This document shows, piece by piece, positions 1 through 13,835 of a DNA stretch of 64,000 nt; the first letter of the stretch is position 1; each line of letters starts with the position of its first letter. The DNA comes from Lama glama (lineage: Eukaryota). The DNA lies in NCBI GenBank assembly GCA_028534125.1, contig CM052832.1, positions 34,410,001 through 34,474,000 on the forward strand. Reading direction: 5' to 3'. The position numbers were made by a program, and so were the translations under genes. The notes beneath the pieces are model-generated. The model saw nothing but the letters and a program-made list of their open reading frames with translations. It did not search any database and was not told the origin of the DNA.

Positions 1-1907
1 GCCCGGGGGCACAGTGGGGAATTCTTCCTAGTTCTGGAAGGAAGACGGCCACATGTTAGTGAGAAATAACAGGAGAAGCTTTCCTAACATAGGTGATCGG
101 TGGGCAGGCGGTAGGCAGCTGGCAGAGCGAGTTTTTCGAAGAGACTGTCAGCCCGCGTCACGGGGAGGGCGCGGTTTGCTGGGAGAAGCAGCTGTCCACG
201 TCCCACTGCCTGGTCCTAAGGGTCCACCTTCCCACAGGGAAGCAGCCCATGTACGGACAGGGGAGTTCTGCTGAAACAGTTAGAAGAATGACAAACCCTG
301 AGGAAAACAAAGCACTGCACTCCTGCAGGCTGGAGACACCCACGTCAGAAAGGCGGCTCCGACCCTGCACCGCCGTCCCCGCGCGCCACGGCCGCGGGCC
401 CCGGGAAGTGAGACCTCAGGCAGGAGGAAGGAGAGCCTGGAGAGCAGCCTGACCAGACGAGCACTGTCGGCCTGAGCTCGTCCACACGGGATGGTCCGAC
501 GCTTGGAAGCACCAAGCACTGCTTTTTGCCAGTGTCTCCGTGACGGCGCCATGTCCTCATTGGGAATTCCATTCTCTTTGAAGCAAGGTAGTAGCAAGCA
601 GCGTTCTGTCACTGCTGACCGGCAGCTCTGTCCTCTGGCTTTTCCGCCCAGAAATAGAAGCCGAGCCTCACCTGCGACGCCGGGACCGGAAGGGCTGGGA
701 GTAATCACCTGAGGTTTGCCGGCACCACCAGCGAGCCGCACCCTACACCCACCCATCCTGAGTTTCAGATCCACAGTAAATGCAAAGACTGGAAGCTTGA
801 CTTGTTAAAAGCAAGGAGACTTCAAAAGTTTATTAAATTAGTAGACTGATAATTATCTGAAAAGTTAACTTTTAAATTTGCTTTCCATATGGGTTTTAGA
901 AATGAACCAAGGGGTGAGACTGTGCCAAAAACAAATTGACTTTGACTCTGCAGAGCCTCGCAAACCAGCGTTACTTCCACCTCGGTGTTCGTAAAACATC
1001 CCCTCTTTTATAATAAAACTCCGTTAGCCTGTTTTTAATCTGGAAATCAGAGCTCTACCGATGTCGCCCAGATGCGTGGCAGGTTCCTGCAGCACTTAGG
1101 GGAGGGCGGCTCTGGTTCTCAGCGAGCAGTCTCCCCGCTCGGCGCCCAGAATGGCAGCAAGCAGGTGCGCCCGTCCCGCTTGCCGCGTTGCTGATGCTCC
1201 GGTGGTCTGAGTGCGCTGCTTCCTGGTGATGCTGTGAGGCCGTCCCCCGACAGTATTAGCTCTTCAAAACACCCAGCCTGCAAGGTTTCTGCTCCCCCCT
1301 CACGTGTGTGCAGAGAGAAGCGTCCTTGGGGCCCGGTGTCCCTTCGACGGGTCCTCAGGATGCCATGACTTCTTGCTTGAAAGCTGAGGCTTCCGAAGGT
1401 GCCTGACGGATGCTTAATTGAGTCAAACCAGTGCCGTGCTTGGCGGTGGCGGGCACAGCTTCCACGAGAGTTTCAGAAAGGGCATCACCCCTCCGGGCCA
1501 CCGGGGCTCACGGAGCAGAAGCCCTGCGGCCTCGGCCGGTAGGCAGGCTGGTGTGAGAGGCGCTGCTGGGTCTCCAGGCAGCGGGCCAGCGTGTGGGGCC
1601 GCAGGGTTCTGGAGACGGGCTCACTCACGCGTCAGCTGCTCTGGCGAGCTCCCTTCTGACTCTGTGAAGGTGACAGAGCCGAGTCCCTGTCTCAGCAGCC
1701 TTCCCACGCCCTCCCCGACTCGGTCCAGGAGGCGGAGGCAGGGGACTCTGTGAGGCTCAGGGGGGACACTGCACAGGTCACAGCGCCCAGACTCCGGGGC
1801 AGTGCAGCCCCCGTCTGGTCCTGTGTGGCAGCCCTGCCCGCCTGTGCTCGACCGTGAGCCGTAGGTCCACTGCGTGTTTGACTGCTCGTGTCAGGCCCCG
1901 CTACTCA

Positions 1908-2004
1908 GTCTTCCAGGGTCCCGGGGTGGGGCTGTCCTCACTTCGGGTCCTACTGATCAGTGCAGGGGAGCTCACTCCCTGTCAGACTGCAGAACTTTTG
2001 ATCT
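1908..2004 (+). repeat. Dispersed 97-bp direct repeat, copy A
   Basis: gtcttccagggtcccggggtggggctgtcctcacttcgggtcc...agaacttttgatct aligns without gaps to 2672-2768, with 8 mismatches in 97 bp. Confidence 0.95.
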
Positions 2005-2671
2005 AGAAGTGACTGAAGGGAGCATCCGTCCTAACACCCCTCCCCCCACGAAACGTTTGCCTCAGAGCCAGGCGACCCCTCACTGGGTCCGCAGCCACGC
2101 ACACAGCCGCCCCGTCCCTACTTCTGCACCCTCTCCCAGCCCCGTGTGTCTCCAGGAGGTGGCAGGGACTTGGACGAGGCTGTCCTGCGATGTCCCTAGA
2201 ATGGGTTGCCCAAGTCTGGCTGTCGTCAGAGTCACTGGGGAATTTAGAAACCAGATGCCTGGTGCAACCCTGCCGGGCGACAGGCCAGGAGAAGGGCTTT
2301 GGGTCCACTCCAGGCTGCAGCTAATGGACCAGCGCGTCCAAACGGCACGAACGCAGCCTGGGGCGTTGTGTCCTCATCCAGATTTGGGCCTGGTTGGAAT
2401 TCCACTGAGTCTGAATTTCCAAAAATTCCAGCACTGCGGCCCTAAATGCATGAGCATTCCTTTTGGGTACAAAGATGAATAACAATAAGACATTTTAAGC
2501 ACAGTGTCTACAGGAAAGGCAAACTTTAAGCCTGAAGAGAGCACGCACGTGAGTTCTGCCTGGACTTTTTCAAGTCACGTCTCTCATTAACATCTTAGTC
2601 AAGTTTTAAATTCAATCCCGTGCCGGCCAGCTCATTCCTTCTTGAGGAGCTGATAACGGACAACCTGGCAG

Positions 2672-2768
2672 GTCTGCCGGGGTCCCGGGGTCGGGCTGTC
2701 CTCACTTCGGGTCCTGCTGATCGGTGCAGGGAAGCTCAGTCCCTGTCAGACCGCAGAACTTTTGATCT
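2672..2768 (+). repeat. Dispersed 97-bp direct repeat, copy B
   Basis: Ungapped ~92% match to 1908-2004, offset 764 bp. Confidence 0.95.
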
Positions 2769-3227
2769 TGAACTTGAACTGAGCAGTGCGCGCCCGAGGT
2801 CCAAGCGCCGAGCGTGGAGCGATGGGGTTTTGAGGGCCCAGTGATACCAGGGGAGGGCGCGGGCCTCCAGCACAGGTTCTGATTCCCAGAGCCAGCTCCC
2901 TCCTGGCTCCCTGCGTGACCTTTGTAATCTTTCCTGCTCAGATGTGTAAGCATCAACCTTCTCAACACAGAGGAAGAAACGCTTCCTTGCTCCACAGAGA
3001 GAAGGAAAAATGAAGCAAAGAGAAAGTGACATTTGTCCCGAGGTGAAAAGAGAGCTGCTCTTCTGATTTTAGAAAAGGTTCTTCCTTTAAAGTGACCAGC
3101 AACACTGTAGGAACCAAGGAACATCACACAGCAGACACGGAAGATAAGGTGACGAAAACTGGTGGCTTCAGGCAAGTGCACAGAGTCCTGGTGATCGATA
3201 CAGATGCCAAATATGTGTTGTTTTTAA

Positions 3228-3790
3228 CTGGACACAACCCAGGTGTCCTCTAATGGGTGTGTATTAACCAAATGGTGGTGCCTCCACACCATGGAATACT
3301 ACTCATCAGTGAAAAGGAACAGAGTGCTGACACACTCCCCCAGGATGGACCTCAAAGCAAATACGCTGAGAAGAAAAACGTCTCAGAAGGTCAGGTGCCA
3401 TGTGACTCCGTTTATGTAACACCTGAAATGACAAAGCTCTGAGACAGGGGACAGGTCAGGGCCGCAGGAGTCGGGGGGTCGGGTGGGAGCTGGCCGTGTC
3501 CCTGAGGGGCACACAGAGGGTCTCGTGACAGAACCACTCTGCCCCGTGTCCTGACTGTGGCCGCGGGACCCTGCCCTGGTGAAGGGCTCGCCGCACACCC
3601 AGGACAGGGTGCGGGTAAAAGCGGTGATAGCAGGAGACCTGGGGCCCCAGAGCCGACTTCCTGGCTGGGACATCGTGTGTGGTTTCGCAGGATGCTCTGC
3701 TCGCGGACGCTGGGGGAGGTGCATGGACCTCTCTGCATTATTGCTCACAACTGCATGTAAATCTACTGTTACCTCAAAATAAAAGGTGTT
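3228..3790 (+). mobile_element. Old LINE-1 3' end (L1MC-like)
   Basis: atggaatactactcatcagtgaaaaggaac (L1 ORF2 end) and the terminus ctctctgcattattgctcacaactgcatgtaaatctactgttacctcaaaataaaa resemble the recalled L1MC 3' consensus. Confidence 0.75.
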
Positions 3791-6700
3791 TAAAAATCCT
3801 GGATATACTTAAGGAGAAGATGTTAAAAGCGAAAAGAAAAGTAGGTGACACACATATCAAGGTGACCTACAACCTCTGGGCCCCACCCCCGACCTCAGAC
3901 CCCGGTCAGTGTGTCTCCTCCCAGTGGCTGAAGCCTGACTGTCACACGCAGACTGTGTCCCGTGGCCAGGAGAAGGGGGTACGAAAACGTCAGTCTCCGT
4001 ATTAGTCAGGGGTGGAGAGACCAACAGATGGGAAGTTCCTCCAGGTCCCAGAAGGCTCTGCGCATGCGGGGGCATTGGTCACCTGGGAGTCGCGCCACCG
4101 TCCAGCGGGCCCAGCGAGCAGGGGCATCACGACCAGCCCTCCGGCCAGAGAGCTGACGTCCACTCTGCAGGCCGCACATCTGGACCTCGGCTGCACCCGA
4201 GCGTCTCCTGCGCCTGGTCTCACACGCAGCTCCAGACACGGGAGCAGGGGCAGGGCCGTTGTCGGCCCTTCCCCAAACCGCAGTAGTTACAACCGAGGCT
4301 AGAAAAACAGTCCTGGCCAGGCTCCTGGCCTCAGCCCTTTCAGGCCCACACGGTGACAGTAACGCCCACGTTATCTTGTGATACTTTGAAGTAGAAATCC
4401 TGGACCAGCCTGTTTTACATAAATAAACGTTCATTTCAGAACTGGCCAGTTCTCCCCCATTTGAAGTGAAGACGTCTGGAGTAACGTGGTTAACGTAAAG
4501 CTCTCCTTAAGCTTTTCAGTCCCTACAATTATTGCCATTACACAAAATACATTAGGGTTTTGAAGGCAGAGTGAAAGAAGTTACGTTACTAGGCCGAGAA
4601 GTTCACCTGTTCCTTGACCCTCAGGCACAGGGAGCCCCAGGCCGTGTGCCCGGGACCCTTGTGGACACACAGCCGGGGACGGGGATCAAATACACCTCCT
4701 TTCAGACCCCCTTTTCGGCTCCTTTTCCAGGCTCCTTTATGTGATCCTCCGCAAGTGACTTCCCGTTCCAGATTTCAGTGTCATCCTGAACGCGTCAGAA
4801 ATCACGGGCCTCATCAGACGCGCTCTTAGAGCCTGAAGAGCCACGGTGCTTCCCAAATAAAAGGCACTCGGCTTGTGTGTCAAGTTCAGGTGCAGGGAAC
4901 AGAAACCCACTCAAATGCGCTCGGGTAAGTGGGAGTCTGCGACGCAGATCCCCTAACACAAGGGGAACAGATGAGGCGCGAGAGGTTGGGATCCTCTGGT
5001 TCGTGGAGTTTAGGGCCTGGGGGCCAGCAAAGCCATCTGCCCTGCAAGTCTTCACTCGGCCAAAAACTCCGTCACACACGCACGTTCAGAACCAACCGAG
5101 CGAGAGACGCAGGCGTAAATGACGCCTTCTCTGCTGGTAAAACTGGGCAAAGAGCGCTTCGTGCCCGAGCGGCCGCCCAGCCTCGCTATCCGACGACCGC
5201 TGATTGTTAAAGCGTCCTGCTGCTGCAGTCACAAACACGTGTGCATGCCTTCCCTGCCCCTCACAGCTCCGACCCGCGAAGCACGGAAGGATACGGTTTC
5301 ACTCCAAGTTACATCGCTGGACGGTGCTTCTGTCTGCAAGTGAGCACGCAGCCGTTAACAACAAAGGTGGATGCCTCGCCTGTGACGCAGACGCCGTCAG
5401 CCTGCCGGGTGTGACGATCACCCGTGTCACTGACCGCCCGGAAGGTCAGAAGTGGCACCAGGTGGGCATTTTCTGTTTGGTCTCCAAAGGCTGAGACTCG
5501 AGCCACGCTGAAGACAGAATGTTGTCTGGGTCTTGAGGTCTGCTCTGAACTTCAGGGCCTCCCTAGACAGAGAGAGAGTGGCAGGAGAAGGCGAATCGTT
5601 GGGCAGGCCCCTGGAGAGGCACCTTAGCCTCCGAACGATCCGGGAGCGGCTCCCTGGACCCATGAAATCTGGTCATTTCATCGTGGGTTACTAACAGGGC
5701 CAAAGAAAAATGTAAACCCATCAAATTCTGGTTCTCTGACATCCAATAGCTCTTGCAAAATATTGAAAAGCCAGATAATTAGGTAAAGTCTAAAATTAGA
5801 GATTTTACGGCCAACTATGAATTTCAGTGATTCTTATTTCCCTTCACTGCCATAAAAAAAGTGGTTGTGTAAATGCACACCTGGGTTTGGTTATGAGATT
5901 TTAAGTCTTCCCCGCTTGGAAGCACTTCACAACAATCTTTTAAAAGATATTACAATACGCTCTGCTTGAGACTCCTGGCATTCGTTCCTGGAGAAAGATT
6001 TAACTACAGGGGCTCACGTGCTCAGAGGCCGCCGCACCGAGAGTGTCGGTAGCACAGAGACCTGACAGAGCACGAACTGATAACGTCTTACTTCTCTCCG
6101 TTTCGGGGCTCAGTCTTGTCCAAGCTGCTGCAGATTTGGAAGACAGAAGAATCTCAGTGCAGAGCATTGCTTTGATCTGATTTATTGCAAGTCACAGTAA
6201 CAGGGGCTTGAAATTCCTCTCCTGAAATCAGACGCTTTGTGCGTTTTGGGGCACCTCATCCTTCGGATCCCAGCTCCTTCCCTCTCAAGGGCCTGAATCC
6301 TGCCCCACGTGTCCTCGATCACCACCTGAGCAAACAGGCTGCCTTCCCAACTGAAGGTCCACGTGGAGGAAAGGGCACAGGCAGGCGGCGTCCAGGTGCC
6401 CAGGGTGAGCTGTGTTTACCTTCGCACCTTTCAGACTCCAAACCCATGGCTGCCTCCAGGATGGTCTTATAGTTAATGTCACACAGTAACAGTTCTGAGG
6501 TAGTCTGCCTACGTTGTGGTCAAAAATCACACGGCTGTTTTTCAGAATAGCAGGGAGAGATCTGCCTATAAAATGTTCCCTCATGGAAAGACCCAGAGTC
6601 TTCATGGGGCTTCTCTGGTGGACGTGTTCTCCGTCTGCAGAAGCCAGGCTAACTCAGCCTGGCGGTGTGGACTGACTGGGCAAGTGGCAGGAAATTTCGG

Positions 6701-8489
6701 GGAAACAACGCGAAGCAGTCGCATTATTGTTCAGGTTGTGTAGAAGAAGTTCCCCAGCCAGGCCTGTCGTTGCTGGAAAATTTTAAGCCTCAGAAGTTCG
6801 ACGACCTCGGCCGCCAAAAGGGAGTCTTGCCGTTCCAGGGGAGCAGCAGTTCACGGCACGAGGGGCACGTGCTGGGCGTCTGTCTCTCCGACGCGTACCA
6901 ACCTGGCACACTTGGAAGTCAGTCGGTGAGCAGCATTTCAGAGAGTCACGTCATGCCGAGAACTCACCCCTACGAGTTGAGTGTTTCCAGAAAACTCAAC
7001 CGTGGCCAATTGTGGGGAAAAGGCACAGAAGGCAGGAGGCCCTGGAGGGTCGCTCTGCTTCGGGAATTGGCACAAACAAATTCTGCAGGAGTCTGGGCAA
7101 AAAGTACTAACTCTTTTCTTGTCTTGTATTTTCTTTGAAAGTTGTTGCGTCAAAACCATGTTGTATTTCTGATACCGTTTCTGAGACACTTTTGTCGACT
7201 CACTGACGAGAACAGCGTCAGACTGACGCCACTCACTGCAGGCACACACGTTCCCCGAGAGGAAAAGGATGGGGAGAAACGCTGCCCCCATTCCAGTTCA
7301 AGGTAACACTGCGCAGAAATTTTGCAGTCTTGAAAGGTGTGGTGGGTTTTACTAAAGCACCCGGGGTGGTCAGAAATGGAGAAGAAACTAGGACACGGAG
7401 CCACAGGCCCCGGGTGAGCTGGCGGAAGCGGGGAGGGCATGCCTTCAAAGGCGAAGGAGGAGCCCCGACACACGGAACTGTTACAAAGTGGCGTCCCTGA
7501 TGATGAGATAAAGGATGGAACTGGGGGAAAGAAAAAGAAACGAAGGTGTTAAGGTTATTTGTGAAGAGAAGAGCTCGATGTGGTCACTGCCCACGTGACA
7601 TTACAGAAACCGCGCGGTCCCACCAGGGCCTCTGTCTGTCATCTGCACAGAGAATCGATTAAAGCCAACAGTCAGTCGGCCATCACAGCTACCTCTCCAG
7701 GTCGGTGTCATCCTGCTAAACAAAGCTGCAAGTGCAGCTGCTCTCGCGACTGTAAAATGCAGCGTTCGGTGTGTGAAACTGTCCGCTCTGACTCCTTCGT
7801 GACTTCATGCTGAGGAAGCTTTTGTTATTAGTCACTGATTTTTCTTAGGAACATTCCCAGCCCTCAAGCAGGGGTCAGAGTCTAAAAAGCTCAAAAAGCT
7901 TACAAACCGTAACAAGATGCACGTGTCCTTTTGAAATTTGCGAGATGCTTATGGATGTGCTTCTAAAGCCTCGTCCCCAAATCACAGAAGCGCCTTCTCA
8001 GAGCAGGGCGTGGTGCGATGTTTCTTCAGCACATCCAGGTGTCACTTCCTCCGGCAAAAGCAGCAACGTATCCAAAAGGCCCGACTATGGCAGGCAAATA
8101 TTTCCACAAAGGGCACCTGGCTTTCTGCAGAAAACTGGCTGGTGTCACTGGTAGTTGCTCCGCTGCTCGGACGTGACTCACACGCTGGGACCCACTCTGC
8201 TCAGGCTGCTGAATGTCTTTTCTTTCACCTGAATAACAATTCCTCTCGACTTGTTCTCTGTCTGTTGCTCTGGTTCTGCTCCTGGGCCAGCGGCAGGGCC
8301 AGACTGCAGGCTCAACTCTTCAGTTTTCTCCCCTGTGTATTCATCTCCGCATTTCCTTTATTCCCTAAGTTTTATTTTATGTGTGAATAGTTTGAAAGGG
8401 TAAGATATCGATTAACATCTGTCATTTCTAAGCCCTGGTTCTGCTCAGCCATTGTCTTGTGACTCCAGGTAGTTTACATCTGAGGCCTA

Positions 8490-9842
8490 TTCCTGGGGTC
8501 AAGATGGCAGATAAAGCGCTTACTGAAATCCCGCCTCCTCCTCTCTGAGCAGATAAAATGCCAGGTGGAATATGAAGCATTTAGAGCCAATTTCTAAAGC
8601 ATGAAATCAAGCACAAAGGAGGCAGGAGCAGCGCGCAGGATTTGCAGCTGCAGCGCACCAGGGGTCATCGGAGGAGGCATCCTGACAGCGGCTCCAACAA
8701 CGCGCCAAAATAGCAGGCCCCAAACCTAAGCAAGAACCAGAGGCTGGCTGTCCCTGGAGGTAAACTCCCAAAAGGTGCTGCCTGTCCTGGAAGCAGAGAA
8801 TCAGAAGAAGGAGCAGATTATATAGACAAATACTGGTTTCAATTTTCCCGTGGTGAAAATTTAACGGAGCGCTCACAGCAGTGAGACGCGTGCTGGTTAC
8901 GCTGCTCTGACTCATAGATGAAGAAGGAAGCCTTCGTACCCCAGGCAGGACGCGCAAACCAACTTTAAGGAGAAAAAATCCTTTGTCTTTGGCGTTTCCC
9001 ACATCAGCACTCAGTGAGCAGGGCAGCGAGACGCGGCCACGAAGACCTGGGGGACCTGTGATCTCAGTCCGAGAGCCTTGGGAACGTTTAACAGAATCTA
9101 GGTCTTCCAAGACAGGAAGAACCGATCTGAGAACGTCTCTAAGACAGCAAAGCGACTCTCAGTAATTCCAGAGCAACAACAACAACAAAAAGCTGAATTA
9201 AAATAAATACATCAGCACTGGAATAACTGTACTTAACGGACACATGGCAAGCACTCGCCGGTTCAACATGGAAATGATGTTAAACAACCACAGATATTTT
9301 TGTTGCAGAAGCAATGTGCGTATTATAAACTGAGACATGGTGAGAACATGGTAACAAACTCTGAAGACAAGAGAAGGGGCGTGAGAGGGCAGGGTGCAGG
9401 AAGCCGAGACGACCCAAAGCTGATTCACGTCCCTAGAAAAGACAAAGACTCAGTATTTACTGTGTCTTTTTTAACCTTAGAGGAATCTTCTAGGAAATAA
9501 CACCTCAATGAAAGAGCTACTGACGTTCAGCAGCCTCTGGTTCATAGGTCAGTGGTTTCTTTGGCTTTAATTCCTTATATTCAAGTAATATTAGACACGA
9601 TACCTTTTAAAATTAGTAGCAGCATCTACAAAGTGCCCCCATTTTCTCAAAAGTATTTTCATCTACTTACTCTCCTATGTACGCAGAGGTAAGGAGCAAT
9701 GCCGAGAATGCTGCCACCAAATGTTAATGACAAGTACTCCTGGAGGGTAGATTTGGGGTGACTTTTAATATTTATATGTGGAGGTTCCTTCAACATTTAA
9801 GTTATTCGTGATGAACACAAATCGTTTCCAAAAAAAAAAAAA
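8490..9842 (+). mobile_element. Highly decayed ancient L1/HAL1-like remnant
   Basis: Starts with an L1 5'-like motif (ttcctggggtcaagatggcag), has an A-rich body, an L1ME-like 3' end (ccaaatgttaatg...gatttggggtgactttt) and ends in a poly(A) at ~9829-9842. Confidence 0.4.
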
Positions 9843-11679
9843 GCCAATAGAAACTTTTCCCCTTAAAACAGTGACAACAGCAAAGACAAGAAGCAAGTAT
9901 GCTAAGACGTCAGAAGCGCAGATAAGGGTCCTTCTCTTGTATGCACTGTTTTTAAGAACCTGGTGAGTTCTGAGCGTGAGCGACGGAGTGGGTGCGCCCC
10001 GGGGCTGGGAAGGGTGCCCTGCCGACACGCACTGTCCTCCGGAGCTGCACCCTGGCGTGATGCGGTGGAGGTGACGGGGGGCTCTTGGCAGCTTAGGGCC
10101 GTGTCTACCTGCACATTTTTGCCTCAACAGTCCTCAGTGCATGGTTTTCTAGCAAAATCTAGCTAATGTGTATTTCTACCCTTTCCTTTGCTAGAAAAAC
10201 ATACATAGGAGACTTTTTAAAATATAAAACTGCTAAAATAAAAAGATACAGTATGCAAAACATTCAAATATATAAAGGAAAATTTAAAACCTCTAAAACC
10301 TGTAGGGAAGGCTGTTTGACTTTGCCTGACGTTGTCACAGCTTCTTTTAGAAAACTGTCCCGCTGAGGTTTGACACGCTTCTAAAAGCCCACAAACACCA
10401 AAAAGTTCAACCTCCTGTTCTCCAGAGCCTCTGATCAGGAAAGAAGGAAGCTGTATCTGTCCAGTCCTTTTCTCCGACAAGCCTCCCCCCTCCAAAGCCC
10501 CGGACAGCTCTGTGTTGAGTGGACAACGTGGTGACCGCTCAACACCGTCCACCCCAGGCAGTGTAACCCGGGTGTGGCAGCAGCATTCCTGCGTCTACGC
10601 TGGGGCCACGCGTGCAGGGGAAAGTCTGTCCGGGGGCTCCCGGGAAAGAGAAAGCAGTGCCTCTCATTTGCTTGTCAGGAACAGAAGCCGTGTCTCCAGG
10701 TGTTGCTGGGTTGGTCGCCCCACAGAACCAGCGGAAGCTCTGCACGTGGAAGGCGGCGGCGGCGACAGGAGAGAATAAGGTGTCCGGCAGCCGTGGCTCG
10801 GCCACCCGCGGGAGAGCCGGCTCCTGTTCGCAGGAGGCAGCGGGCCGGGTGCCGAGCAGACCACCGCACCTGGCACCCCTGACGAGCACCTGGCCCAGGA
10901 GACCGAGCCCGAGTCCCTGCAGTTCTGCGCCTGTCCCGGCACCACCACCTGCACTCTGCCCGGCGGCCCGCCCCCCGGTGCCAGCACGTGCCTGCCCAGA
11001 GCTCAGCACAGGCTTGCTTCCGCCTCATGTCCTGCCTGCGGGAGTGAACGCACAGATTCAGAGCTGGGCTGACCCGAGGTCACACAGCAATTCCGAGCTG
11101 GCCGCGAGCCTCCTTCCCGAGCACACGGCTGACTGAACACGGGCAGTGTGAGGCCCTTCCCGTTGGAGAGGAGTTGTGAAGGCCGGGGAAACGGTGGTTA
11201 TGAATTGTGAATCTCACACAAAACCCCTACACACTCACTCAAGGACGCGGAGTCTTCGGTCAGGGACAATGGAGGGCCTGGGGGCTGGGCCACACCCAGG
11301 CAGGCCGCAGGCTTCGGGATCCCACATGGGTGGGTCTCCAGGCCTCCCACGGTTGCCAGCCCCGGGCCTTCTTCTCTGAAGGCCCTGATAAAGGCCCTCA
11401 GGACTTCTCTCAGCTTGTTGGCAAATAAAACCCAGAATTTACCCCATTCCAATAGCAAGTTTCCCACGCTAGTGGCCCAAATCATGAATAAATAAGACCA
11501 TAAGGTGTAGAAAACAGGGTGACATGATGGCCTTGTGGGAAACTGCACAAAATGAGACGGGGAGGAATTCAGAAATCCAAGTGTTGGAAATACCAACAAA
11601 CATGAGATACAAACTGCAGAAGACACAACCAGACGAAGAAAGCGAGAGACACCCCCAAGGCTGGTCGTCAGGCGTGTCC

Positions 11680-12600
11680 TGGTGAGGCGGCCTGTGCCCC
11701 GGGGAGGAGCGGCGGCCTGTCCCCCGGGGAGGAGGAGGGCTCTGTGACAGCGCAGGCAGACGCAGGCACACGCGAGGCAGGACGTCTCGGGCGGCCTCAG
11801 CCTTCTCCACCCCAGCAGCTCAGGGTTGGGTGACCTGAACCGTGGGGAAGCCCTGGTGCCCTGGAACGGGCACTGCTAACAAGCCAGGCGCTCAAGGTGG
11901 GGACGAGAGCCGCGCTGCTGGGCTAACGGCCTCGCGTTTCAGAGTGGCTCCCGGCTCCCAGGGACAGGGCCCGAGACTGGAAGAAAGGAGACAGAGCTGG
12001 AGGGGGACACGGGCTGGACCACGGGCGCCAGGCGGGTGACGCGGGACCCGCACTTGCGGCTGTGCGCGCATAGTGAGGGGCGTGCGCACGCAGGAGAGGA
12101 GGCCGGGTGCGGGGTGCCGGCAGGGCCCCCCGGCCTTGCAGACACAGAGCCAGCCTGTGCGCACGGAAACCCAGTGGCCACGGCAGACACGGGCCCTTCC
12201 ACGCGCTCGCGGCCGCAGCCTCTGCTGACCTGAGCCGGAAACTGGAATCAAGCAGGACACACACCGCACGCATGGCCTCCGTGTTCAGCCCAGTTTAGAG
12301 CGCCGGGTCCCTCCACTCCGGCCACACCAGCAACACTGCCCCTCCACGTCCACTCTTCTCAGTTTCTCCTCCTGTCCCCACTTGTCCCCCACCTGCCTTC
12401 CCCGACAGGCAGCGTCCAAACGGGGTCGGTGTGCACCGGTCCTTGCGTGAGCTTCGCGCCGAGGCGTGCCAACGTGTGTGCGACGCCAGGACACTCGTGC
12501 CCCGCCTCGCAGCTGCCTGCTTCCCACCGCGGCCCCGCCACCCCGGCTCCCGGCCGGACAGCCGGCTCCCTGGAACGACGCCTCGAGGAGCGAGGTGTGA
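11680..12600. promoter_or_regulatory. CpG-rich segment (CpG-island-like)
   Basis: Very high GC with dense CpGs; background CpG content is also high, so this call is not very specific. Confidence 0.45.
11686..11735 (+). repeat. 25-bp tandem duplication
   Basis: ggcggcctgtgccccggggaggagc followed by ggcggcctgtcccccggggaggagg. Confidence 0.85.
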
Positions 12601-12731
12601 TTGCTTCACGTCTAAGCCCAGGAGCAGAACTGCTGTGTGTAAATGAGTGTGTATATATTTAATTTAACTGAGCACTGCCAGACATTTCACTTTTACGAGA
12701 AAATACTAAAAAGAACATTAATATTTTTTAA

Positions 12732-12784
12732 ATTAAAGAAAAACACTTGAAGCTCTGGCAAAAAAAGAAAGGTCTGTTGTTTGG
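12732..12784 (+). terminator. Candidate polyadenylation site
   Basis: ATTAAA at 12732-12737, CA at 12759-12760, GT-rich ggtctgttgtttgg downstream, AT-rich 3'UTR-like sequence upstream. Confidence 0.35.
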
Positions 12785-13704
12785 CCACCAGCCTTTTTTT
12801 CTTCTTTTCAAAGAAAGCTATCAGCCACTCTACCCAGAAAACAGTGTGGCACCAGAAAATGAAAACTCCTGATGAATCACAATTTTAGGATGAGAACACA
12901 TTTCTCCTTCAAAGATGTCTGTCTCCTGACGGGGACGCAGGTGACCTGAGGCCTCGTCGCCCGTGTGGCCTGGCCGCCGCACTCTTCACTGGGGCCGGCA
13001 GCCCTCGGAGGCCCCCCGGCCAGACCCGTCTGCCAAAGCTGTGTGCAGATCATCTCCGTTTGCTCGCAGTGTGAAAGCTCAGATACCAGACAGCCTGGCT
13101 CAAAACTGGACATCTAGCAACTCTAAAAAAATGCATGTGTTTTTCCTCAGAGAAAATTCTGCTTATCATATAATTTCTGAAATCGGGTTAAATTACAGCA
13201 AACTGTGGCATGTAGAATTGGTAAGTAAAATTCAGCAGATTCTGCCACCCCAGGTGAATGCAGCCGTTGGGGGCACAGTATGCACGATTGGATGTTGCTG
13301 AAAGTTAGCATTGTTCTACAGTTTGCAGCACAAGCGTACTGTCTATATACCCTGTGGGGAGACTGACTTCTGTCCTTCCACTTGAAGGATTTATTTTGTG
13401 TTAACTTCAAAAGCGACTACAAATGTGTATGTAAAATTGTTCACAGGATTAAGCGACCTAACTTCTCCGGGGTGGTCCTCGTCCCTGTTTTCAGATGTCG
13501 GTGTGTCCACCCTTCACTCTGGGTGCAGATTCTCTGCGGCCAGCAGGACGTGCACCTGCGGGGGCCCCTGGGCCTCACGGAGCCAGCAGGACATGCGCCC
13601 CGAGGCCAAGGGTTCAGACCCGCAGACGCCTCCCCCGCTTTGCTCTTCCTCCGTCACTTGCGACGTCAGGTGCGTGGCTGGGCTGCTTTACCGCAGGGCT
13701 GGGA

Positions 13705-13835
13705 ACACGTGCGTGGGGAAGGGGAGCATGTGTGAGTGCATGTGTGTGAGCGCGGGTGTGCGTGTATGCAGGCACGTGTGTGCACATGTGCGTGTGAGCC
13801 TCGTGTGAGGGTGAGTGTGCCCACGCGCACACATG
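13705..13835 (+). repeat. Degenerate (TG/CG)n low-complexity tract
   Basis: gtgtgagtgcatgtgtgtgagcgcgggtgtgcgtgtatgc... alternating purine-pyrimidine sequence. Confidence 0.8.

Noticed and set aside
6760-6905. Minus-strand peptide ...STCPSCRELLLPW resembling a RING-finger end
   Set aside because: Only one CxxC, no upstream RING exons found, and a weak acceptor
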